DNA of 63,988 nucleotides, the filler included, from Octopus bimaculoides (lineage: Eukaryota), in the NCBI RefSeq assembly GCF_001194135.2. It is 5 parts of 4 records of this genome, joined end to end, with 100 filler letters (N's around TTAATTAATTAA, not from the genome) between each part and the next. Parts side by side here need not be neighbours in the genome. Positions count along the whole stretch, not along the records: positions 1 to 20,191 come from NC_068983.1; positions 20,292 to 29,296 come from NC_068985.1; 3 more parts are not named here. One strand, written 5' to 3'. Shown here piece after piece: positions 12,348 to 23,738 of this stretch. A program made the translations under genes and the position numbers. Every line of letters begins with the position of its first letter. The stretch's first letter is position 1. The notes below the pieces were generated by a model. That model ran no database searches. It had not been told where the DNA came from and saw nothing but the letters and a program-made list of their open reading frames with translations.

Positions 12348-12650
12348 CTTTGGAGGAAAGTCTGGAGCGAAGAGAAGTTTAACGAAGATGCTCCGTGTCT
12401 GGAAGAAATTCGAAGAAGTTATTATTCCTGAATTTCACCCAAGACATACAGCATTGATGGTGATACCCTTGAAACTGTGATCCAAATACTTCAGGATGGA
12501 AAGGCACCTAGAATAGACTTGGTTGTTGGATGCTGATACAAGAAGCGAATCTTCTACCGATCATATCCGACCAATGGGAACAGTAGCATACCACACTGGT
12601 TAGCCCTGGCAGAGTAAAAAACTGATCCCGAAATGCAGAAGCACCCACAT
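12348..12650 (+). mobile_element. Inverted upstream segment of the same LINE type (RT domains 0-1)
   Basis: Plus frames WRKVWSEEKFNEDAPCLEEI, TLETVIQILQDGKAPRID, IPHWLA..RV..LIPK. Confidence 0.75.
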
Positions 12651-13127
12651 GGAAAAAAATTACATACATACATACATACATATTTACATACATACATACA
12701 TAAATAAATAAATAAATAAATAAATATATACTAAAAATAAATAAAAAATATATACTAAAAATAAGATAAATATATACTTAAAATAAGATAAACATATATA
12801 GGGGAAGAAAAAAACAAGCGCACATATCGAGTAGAGGTTGGCAATGCCTGTGCTGAGTTTTAGGTCCACTGAGGCTTGCACAACACCTCATAGACCCTCT
12901 CCACTTTATTGATATTATCCAGAGACAAGCCGGAACAAGATGTCTGGTGCCAATATAAGTCGCAGGCTCAGGGATGTGGGACCGCCGTGATCTCTAGCCC
13001 AAACCAAAGATCCCGAAAATGTCCAATACCATTCCCTGCATACATACATACATACATACATACATACATACATACATGTGTATGTATGTATGTATGTATG
13101 TATGTATGTATGCATGTATGTATGTAT

Positions 13128-14257
13128 GTACGACGGGTGTCCGCACAATTTTTGTTCATTAAATTCACTCACAAAGCATTGGTCAATCTGGGACTATATT
13201 GAAAGACACTTGCCCAAGGTGACGCGCAATGGGACCGAACCAAAACCACGTGGTTGCAAAGCGGGCTTAACCACACAGTCATATCTGCTTCTCTGTTGAT
13301 CTGTTTCGCCCTCCTATAACTTTAATCTAAAGCTTAGTTTTCTCGTTGGAGCGTAACATTAACAGATATTAAATAACATTAATTAACATTACACTACCTG
13401 ATATGATATTCTTTGCTACTCTAGGCACAAGGCCCGAAATTTTGGGGGAGGGGGCCAGTCGATTAGACCGACTTCAGTACGCAACTGGTATTTAATTTAT
13501 CAACCCCGAAAGGATGAAAAGCAAATTCAACCTCGGCAGAATTTTAACTCAGAAATACCGCTAAGCATTTCTCCCAATATGCTAACATTTCTGCCAGCTC
13601 GCCGCCTTCTACCAGATATGATATTATTGTAACATGAAAACCTTAATATATATATTAACTGTAATAATCTATTCCAAGTGGTCTTATTGATGATTTTTAG
13701 CAAGGGAAATAACTTTTGTATGTTCTGCCTATAGTTATGTCCACTTAGTTCACTTCACTGATACGTTTGATATTCCTTTCTACTATAGGCGCAAGTCCCG
13801 AAAATTTGGTTGGTGGAGGGGACCAGTCGATTATATCGACTCCAGTGCGTAACTGATAATTAATTTATCGTCCCCGAAAAGATGAAAGACACAGTCAACT
13901 TCGACGGTATTTGAACTCAGAACATGAAGACAGACGAAATACCGCTAAACATTTCGCCCGATACATTCGATATTAACGATTATGTTTATCTTTTATTGTC
14001 CATTCTTCATTTCTTTCGGTCGTCAGACTGCGGCCATGCTGGGACACCGCCTAGAAAAATTTTCGTCGAACGAATCGATCCTAGTACTTATTTATTTATT
14101 TATTTATTTATTATTATTTTTGCAAAAAAAATTAAAATTACTATTTATTCTATCGGTGACTTTGCCGTACCGCTAGGGTTACGGGGACGTAAACACACAA
14201 ACACTGATTCTCAAGCTGTATTGGGGGACAAACACAGACTCGAAATCACACACAGAT

Positions 14258-14260
<3 letters not shown>
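13128..14260 (-). mobile_element. SINE cluster: A head (13128-13282), B (13415-13610), B (13775-13985), A tail (14005-14260)
   Basis: Each segment matches the family A or B motifs. All are on the minus strand. Confidence 0.8.
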
Positions 14261-14301
<41 letters not shown>

Positions 14302-14653
14302 ACACTCACAGACACTCACACACACATACACACACACACGCACACACTCACACACACGCACACTCACAAATATATGTATATTTTCGCATATATATATGTA
14401 TGTGTGTGTGTGTGTGTGTGTGATTTCGAGTCTGTGTTTGTCCCCNNNNNNNNNNNNNNNNNNNNNNNNNNNNNNNNNNNNNNNNNNNNNNNNNNNNNNN
14501 NNNNNNNNNNNNNNNNNNNNNNNNNNNNNNNNNNNNNNNNNNNNNNNNNNNNNNNNNNNNNNNNNNNNNNNNNNNNNNNNNNNNNNNNNNNNNNNTATAT
14601 ATATATGCATATGTACCAGTGCCGCGGAGAAGAGGCCACGGTAGTAATGTTAC

Positions 14654-14688
<35 letters not shown>

Positions 14689-14971
14689 CAGAGAACGTCT
14701 AGAGAAAGTACATAACACGTCCAGAGAGAGGCTGCAGCGGGTTGGTGTGCAACTACAATCAATGACAATCAAATTAAAAAGAAAAACAATAAGTTTGTAA
14801 AGAAAGTGAAATTCTGTTTGTCCTGAGAGCGGGAAACAATCTAAAACCTAACACCACAGATCTTTGGACTGCCCTTGGTCCCAGGAACGCAGGTCAGTAA
14901 AAGAGACCAACTACAGGGAAACATGTTTGGAAAAGCTCAATTTAGTGGCCTTTCTTCAGATATTCTTTTAC

Positions 14972-16797
<1,826 letters not shown>

Positions 16798-17802
16798 GGC
16801 ATCGAGCTGGACTAATTGCTTCCTTCTGGCATCTAGGTATGTGTCTACCAAGTCTGTCTTTAGTAACATGTGATGCTGTGTTAGCATCAACAGTAACATT
16901 GTTGGTTTGGCACTGTTCCAGCCTCCGCGTGGTGCCATATGCAAGCAATATTCTGTCACTGAAGCAAAGTTTTAAAATAGAAATATTGGGATAACCGAGC
17001 ACGTTGCGGCCTTGAGACTACGAGCTGTCAACTACATGAAGTACGAATGTAGTAAAACTACTTCCAGCCAATGTTCGTCTACATTCCTTCGTACCAGGAA
17101 CACTTAAAAGGTTGCGGTCTTGAAACAACGAGCTGTCATCCATTTGAAGCATGAACATATTTGAACCTCTCCAAGCTGTTTTGCTACTTACGCTTCATTA
17201 CACTAAACTACACTGTGTGTACACAAAACTTTGATGTACAAGACTTGCAAGCTGCAATCAAGTTCATTAAAATACTGGCTTTTAATCAGAGATTCATTGA
17301 TGTTTTGGACAAAGATCTGATCCTGAATCCAAGATGATCTGCATCACTAAGAATCAATCCTTACAAGTTTGCTGGTGAAAATAAAATGAAAGGGAGTTAA
17401 TTTGCCACAAGATATGGGAAATACATCGTTTCGAACACTTGTCCTTCTTCGGAGAGTGAAAGGAACATACTTATGTTAATATCACTCTTTCTTTCATTTT
17501 ACTGAACGTGCTATTGGTTTACATAGACATTTTCTCCCTTTAAAATGCTATGTCCGAAATACTGGATATTTCTGGTGATAAAAGCCAAGAAAGTTCAGCG
17601 ATTATGAATATCAAAATTTGGTATTTTTGTAGTCCAAGAATTTATGATCTATAAAAACTTCATGCGTCATTTCTCGTATTGTTTTCTACTCAATAAAATA
17701 CCGGAAGAAAGTCACTAAGTTTTTATTTATATACCAAGAGTTATCAAAAATGAAGGAACATAAGAAAAAACGAGATAAGAATGTTATAGCTGTAAAGATA
17801 AC

Positions 17803-18115
17803 AATTCTGACATAACCGGTCCCGAGCTGGGTTCAGAAGGGAAGAGGGTGGCAGGCGTAAGGTTAGCAACCCCGCACTATCAATCTTCTACATTGCTGCT
17901 GAAACAGCAAGAAGAAAACATCTGAAAGCGGTCCTGGAAAGGCGAAGTGGTCCTCAGAGACTGCGTATAATGCAACGAAGTGAAAGCGAAAAGGACTGAC
18001 AGTCAGTTACAGCCGAGGACAACTACAATCTATTTCCAAAGATCGAAACAGGTGGAGATTTCTTGTTGACGCCTTAAGCTCCACATGAAGTTAAAGGAGT
18101 CAAGAAAGAAAGAGA
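17803..18115 (+). mobile_element. Short internally deleted RTE-clade element with a twister-ribozyme-like 5' end
   Basis: 5' ACCGGTCCCGAGCTGG...GGAAGAGGG...GGTTAGCAACCCC, ORF start MQRSESEKD, then directly the RTE-like C-terminus GQLQSISKDRNRWRFLVDALSST stop. Confidence 0.7.
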
Positions 18116-18492
18116 GAAGGGTGAAGGGAATAAAAATAACCGAATAATCTTATGATATAAGGTCATTCTTTATAGAGATCGTAAAGGCAATCGGTATTAC
18201 GTAAAAAGTTTCCCCGTTAAACTTTGTTTCAAGATGTACCATCTTAATCTTCTCTTAAACAAGCGAGCAATTGAAATGAGGAGAACTACATCAGCCTTAG
18301 GTGCACCTAGCAGTTGGAAATAGACAATAAGATAATTAGGAAATATTATCTGTGATCGATCCATCTCTCATCCACCTAACACTTGAAACTTAGAGATTAC
18401 ACTGACTTTTAAAGGACATTTTCGAGTATTCGGAGATATCTGTTTGCTTTAAAAGGAAAGATAGGGAACGGCAGTAGAAGACTGTGGGGTGA

Positions 18493-18573
18493 GGGCAGTT
18501 TAGCTTAATCGGTCTAGAGCACCGCGACGCTTAATCACGGGGGTGTGAGTTCGAGTCTCATAGCTGGCTGCCA
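18493..18573 (+). pseudogene. tRNA-Lys(CTT)-like pseudogene or SINE head
   Basis: D stem GCTT/GAGC, loop CGCTTAA, T arm GTGAG-TTCGAGT-CTCAT, poor acceptor stem, terminal CCA, T6 at 18578-18583. Confidence 0.6.
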
Positions 18574-19228
18574 ACACTTTTTTCTGCAAAATAGGGGTAG
18601 CTTATCCTGTTCAGGCTATATTATTAGCATTATCCTGCGTTTGAGAATTTAAAATCACTTCTTTAACTTTTTAAGACATCTCAACGCTTCTAAAAGCAAA
18701 CTTCGTTTGTTTGTTTACGTTCATCGTAATTTGAATATATATATATATATATAAAAATTAATCAACGGACATACTAAGTATGTCTACCTGCTGGAAATAA
18801 CAGTCAAAACTCTTATNNNNNNNNNNNNNNNNNNNNNNNNNNNNNNNNNNNNNNNNNNNNNNNNNNNNNNNNNNNNNNNNNNNNNNNNNNNNNNNNNNNN
18901 NNNNNNNNNNNNNNNNNNNNNNNNNNNNNNNNNNNNNNNNNNNNNNNNNNNNNNNNNNNNNNNNNNNNNNNNNNNNNNNNNNNNNNNNNNNNNNNNNNNN
19001 NNNNNNNNNNNNNNNNNNNNNNNNNNNNNNNNNNNNNNNNNNNNNNNNNNNNNNNNNNNNNNNNNNNNNNNNNNNNNNNNNNNNNNNNNNNNNNNNNNNN
19101 NNNNNNNNNNNNNNNNNNNNNNNNNNNNNNNNNNNNNNNNNNNNNNNNNNNNNNNNNNNNNNNNNNNNNNNNNNNNNNNNNNNNNNNNNNNNNNNNNNNN
19201 NNNNNNNNNNNNNNNNNNNNNNNNNNNN

Positions 19229-19261
<33 letters not shown>

Positions 19262-19569
19262 AAGTTCCGTAGGTTCGTAGAACAATCCCAGCTCGTCAGG
19301 CATTTGGAGGTCAAGTAACAGGAAATGAGACAGATGGAAGATGGTTTCTAAGTGTCAGGATTCTATTGCTCAAATCAGGTCACGTGATGTTGTTGGTCCG
19401 GCTCCAAGTGTTTGGGCAGGATCTTGCTTGACAGCTGTTGCTGCTATGTCCGGTGGAGGCGGTATTGCTTACTTAGCGACATCAGATAAATTCGTTAGCT
19501 CTTTCTCTTTTTCCATCATTTTATGTCAAAAATATGTCAAAAATAAATTTGTAGAGGAAGAAGAATAAG

Positions 19570-19710
19570 TTTGTTTGTTGTCCATGCTGGAGCACGAAGA
19601 ATCTTTGGTCGAATGAATCGAACCCAGTACTTACTATTCTTAAATCCGGTACTTATTCTATCGGCCTATTTTACTGAGCCGCTAAGTTATGGGGACGTAA
19701 ACACACCAAC
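19570..19710 (-). mobile_element. SINE family A tail interrupted by an LTR element
   Basis: Consensus match stops abruptly at …GTAAACACACCAAC, where TGTTATAT begins. Confidence 0.8.
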
Positions 19711-19970
19711 TGTTATATGGACTGTTGGAACTGTTGTTCGTCTGACGTCTCGTGTGTTTATGTGGTTCGTCTGAGTTCCTTGTTTTCGTTGTTGTTTTGA
19801 ATGACTGAGGTAGTAAAATGTCATTGATATATATATGGCGAACATGACTCTTGTTTATTAACATCGAACTTTCGGTGAGTGCGTTCTTTGTATGTAATTG
19901 AATAATAAATGTAATAATTAAATTGTACAACTCGTCTTTTCTCTGCGAGTCTCCCGAGAGGAATACAACA
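19711..19970 (+). mobile_element. 5' LTR (260 bp) of a Ty3/Gypsy retrotransposon
   Basis: TGTT…AACA termini, TATA-like run at about 19828-19836, AATAAA 19904-19909, followed by a PBS. Confidence 0.8.
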
Positions 19971-19978
19971 GAGTTTAT

Positions 19979-19997
19979 TGGCGTCGCCGGTAGGATT
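19979..19997 (+). promoter_or_regulatory. Primer-binding site, tRNA-Ser-like
   Basis: TGGCGTCGCCGGTAGGATT is 16/19 complementary to the generic eukaryotic tRNA-Ser(AGA) 3' end AATCCTGCCGACTACGCCA. Confidence 0.75.
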
Positions 19998-20037
19998 ACA
20001 TGCATACCTTGCCGTAAAATTGTTTATCTAAATAACA

Positions 20038-20191
20038 ATGGCTGAAAAACAGACTGTAGAGCTTATAAAATTGTTTAGGGAACAAATGGAAAAGCAAATG
20101 CAACAACATCAGAGAGATATGGACACTCTGTTAAAACTGTTTGGTGCTCGACAAGTTGAAGGCGATTCCAGTGGCTATTTTTCAGCTGCTT
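20038..20191 (+). CDS. Gag N-terminus of the LTR element, cut off by a scaffold end
   Basis: ATG 41 bp after the PBS. MAEKQTVELIKLFREQMEKQMQQHQRDMDTLLKLF is a Q-rich helical start like Mag-type Gypsy Gag and stays open to the gap. Confidence 0.65.
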
Positions 20192-20291
20192 NNNNNNNNN
20201 NNNNNNNNNNNNNNNNNNNNNNNNNNNNNNNNNNNTTAATTAATTAANNNNNNNNNNNNNNNNNNNNNNNNNNNNNNNNNNNNNNNNNNNN
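20192..20291. other. Artificial scaffold-join linker N44-TTAATTAATTAA-N44
   Basis: Exactly 100 bp, with a palindromic six-frame-stop 12-mer. The same structure occurs 4 times. Confidence 0.95.
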
Positions 20292-20299
20292 TACTACTC

Positions 20300-20403
20300 A
20301 TTTTTTCCAGCTTAGTGGACAGAAGCAACACGTCACCGAGAATCGAACTCACGACCTTACAATCGTGTGCCGAATGCCCTAACCAGTAAGCCACGCGCCT
20401 GAT

Positions 20404-20434
<31 letters not shown>

Positions 20435-20862
20435 TCTCTTTTACTCCTTTACTTGTTTCGGTCATTTGACTGCGGCCATGCTGGAATACCGCCTTTCGTC
20501 GAGCAAATCGACCCCAGGATTTATTCTTTGCAAGCCTAGTAATTATTCTATCAGTCTCTTTTGCCGACCCGCTAAGTTACGGGGACGTTAACGCAACAGC
20601 ATCGGTTGTAAAGCGATGTTTGGGCTACAAACACAAGCACACAAACATATATATATATATATATGCACATATATACATATACACATATACATATATACGA
20701 CATGCTTCTTTCAGTTTCCGTCTACCAAATCCAGTCACAAGACTTTGGTCACTCCGAGTCTATAGTAGAAGACACTTGTCCAAGGTGCCAGGCAGTTGGA
20801 CTGAACCCTGGACCCATGTGGTTGGTAAGCAAGCTACTTACTACACAGCCACTCCGGCGCCT
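20300..20862 (-). mobile_element. tRNA-derived SINE head (20300-20400) and full-length SINE A (20435-20862)
   Basis: GAATCGAACTCACGACC (reverse B box), then the family A tail, a (TA/CA)n core and the head. Confidence 0.85.
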
Positions 20863-21699
20863 ACCACATAGCCATGTATTTAGATAGACGCAGTCATTTA
20901 TCGAAGAAAGCATTTATCTCTGCGCATGTCATTTATCATTCTTAAGAGAAAAGAAAGAATCTAATGTAAAAGAATTCGTAGACATAATTTGTGTTGTACA
21001 CGAATTAGGTATTTAGTTAATTTTTGCGTGATGAACGAGAAAGAAAATTATAACAAAGAAAAATGTTAACTATTGCTTTGTATGAAAGCAGTTTGTGCTT
21101 GCTAACTAATGAGCATTTGAAATTGCCTTGGGATAGGTGATTGAATAGACAATTAATAGCTGAATTGCTTAACAAGAAATGACTTTATAAATAAGACGCT
21201 ATTGCATAATATTAGTTACTATTAAAACTTTGGTAGACAAATTACATAATTATAGTAAAGTATGAGAAAGAGAACACAAGATTTAGGTGTAATTTAATAC
21301 CACATATTTAGTGTATTCATAATAACTAATCAAGCCATATTTAATAGAAACAGTAGTTAAATATTTTAGAAGCGCAAGAGAAAGAAAATATTTCGATATT
21401 GTCTGTAGAATTTTTGTTACATGTCTACCTGCCTAAATATCTATTCGAACAAGTAAGCATAATTTCTTCCTCACTGCAATTACTTCTACAGGAATATTGT
21501 TGAGAAACTCTCGTAACCTTAAGGATGTCATCGTTAGATAAATATATTGATCTTTCATACCGTCAGACATTTTAGGTTTATATATACATTCATACATACA
21601 TTCGCACATACTTACATTTAAGCCCAGAATGACATCTACTCTAGGACAAAATACCAAACGACAAAATACCAAATACAAGACAAAATACCAAACGAAGAT

Positions 21700-22040
21700 A
21701 ACTCACTTGTCACGTGTCGACTGTTTTACTTCTTTATATTTCGTGCTTTTAACGACACGATAGGAAAACTTCATAAGGCTGCAGCATCCAGAAACTTTGA
21801 AAAAATAAGTTAGGGCTTCGGACGAACAAAAAGCAAACCAGTGGACGTACAAAGTAACCAATCGACAAAGACAAACATTAAGGGTCGTTAGACCAAGACG
21901 AATTATAATGGGAAACGCCTGGGAGAAATTCTTAAAGGAAATAGAAGAAATACAAGAAAATAGTAGAAGAGAAACTATGTCAAGAGGTGAGAGAAATGAC
22001 GTCCAGCCCGGTGGGCGTCTTGTCCAGAAAAAAACAGGGG
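21700..22040 (-). mobile_element. Repeat family X (permuted-hammerhead-like), decayed copy
   Basis: Aligns in reverse with 58190-58420 (e.g. GACAAACATTAAGGGTCGTTAGACCAAGA versus GACAAACATTAAGGGCCGTTAGGCCAAGA). Confidence 0.7.
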
Positions 22041-22199
22041 CTTGAAAAATGGTCTGTACTCACGAGTGAGCAAGAGGACGTCAGTTCTCTCGCTTCCCGC
22101 TACTATTTCCTTATCTTTCTTTTAATTTATACTAATTATTTTATTTTATTTCCTTTAAAAATTATATTGCTGCTCACCCCCAAGGGAGCAACGCAGATG

Positions 22200-23738
22200 C
22201 AAGCCGAACCGATCATCGTGCTGACTAAAGCTTACAATACACTATGGTTTCCCTATCAATTACCTAAAATTTTTTTTTTTCTTCCACCGTCTTCCTTTGT
22301 ATTGGACTTTCCTCTGCTTCTGAAGAAAACTTTGCTCGAAACGTTAAACCATCTTTTCCTGAGCGTCTGTTAATAATTTACATGTTCCATGTCCTCACAT
22401 TGATCCTTTGTGTGTTTGTTGTTCTTTGTTTAGATTCACTATATATATATATGTATATATATATNNNNNNNNNNNNNNNNNNNNNNNNNNNNNNNNNNNN
22501 NNNNNNNNNNNNNNNNNNNNNNNNNNNNNNNNNNNNNNNNNNNNNNNNNNNNNNNNNNNNNNNNNNNNNNNNNNNNNNNNNNNNNNNNNNNNNNNNNNNN
22601 NNNNNNNNNNNNNNNNNNNNNNNNNNNNNNNNNNNNNNNNNNNNNNNNNNNNNNNNNNNNNNNNNNNNNNNNNNNNNNNNNNNNNNNNNNNNNNNNNNNN
22701 NNNNNNNNNNNNNNNNNNNNNNNNNNNNNNNNNNNNNNNNNNNNNNNNNNNNNNNNNNNNNNNNNNNNNNNNNNNNNNNNNNNNNNNNNNNNNNNNNNNN
22801 NNNNNNNNNNNNNNNNNNNNNNNNNNNNNNNNNNNNNNNNNNNNNNNNNNNNNNNNNNNNNNNNNNNNNNNNNNNNNNNNNNNNNNNNNNNNNNNNNNNN
22901 NNNNNNNNNNNNNNNNNNNNNNNNNNNNNNNNNNNNNNNNNNNNNNNNNNNNNNNNNNNNNNNNNNNNNNNNNNNNNNNNNNNNNNNNNNNNNNNNNNNN
23001 NNNNNNNNNNNNNNNNNNNNNNNNNNNNNNNNNNNNNNNNNNNNNNGCCATTTTCCTCTTCCTCCGTTTTTCCATTCTCCGAACTTCCTGTCTTTTCGAC
23101 GAAGGGCTCCGCCCGAAACGTCATACTCTCTCTCCTTCCTTTCCCGAGCGTCCAATAACACTATCCGTATCACGTCGTCACTTTGTTGTTTTTTTGTTAT
23201 TGTTTTTTGTGTTTTTTTGAACTTATATGACGTACGCTCACACGGACCCTGGCCTTTCAACTGGATTTGATGTACCCAACTGCCGGAATCTTTTATTACC
23301 TCGGATTACTGTTCCTGTTGGACTACTGTTCCTGTTGGATCTGCCTTTCCTGCACCTTGATTGAACAGAAGCAAAATTTGTCCGTGACTCTTACACTTCT
23401 TTCCACTTTTTTACACTTTTTTCGACTTGTTTCACCTTTATCTCGTTCCCCTTCTACCTTCTCGTCCTTCCTTTGTCTCACCACTAATAACACCCACACC
23501 GACATTCACAACCTCTCACCATGCCTGACCTTCACTCCTTCCTCCAACATCTTCAGTCCATTCTTCGCCGTTTTCTTTCTTTTTTTTTCCCCACAATGCT
23601 TGCAACCCACAAAAAACCTCTCTTACTTGCTTTTCAAAAAGACCCGCCACACGAGCCATCTCAACTTTCTTAGCCGCTGTCTCCGCCATCACGTCATACC
23701 CTGTGGCTTCCTCTTGAAATTCCACGCACCCCCTATTC
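22200..23738 (+). mobile_element. Penelope-like element: two pseudo-LTR copies with mini-hammerhead motifs, then the ORF N-terminus
   Basis: CTGAAGA..CGAAACGTT (22320-22345) and TCGACGAAGGGCTCCGCCCGAAACGTC (23096-23122) share downstream TTCCYGAGCGTC. The ORF segment LLFKKTRHTSHLNFLSRCLRHHVIPCGFLLKF is PLE-like. Interrupted by gaps. Confidence 0.75.

Noticed and set aside
12800-13040. CR1-like peptide DNINKVERV on the minus strand
   Set aside because: A single short motif with unsupportive flanking residues, too weak to call.
14224-14445. Inverted repeat around a (CA)n tract
   Set aside because: The second arm is an exact 30-bp reverse copy ending at a gap edge, probably a mis-oriented contig end.
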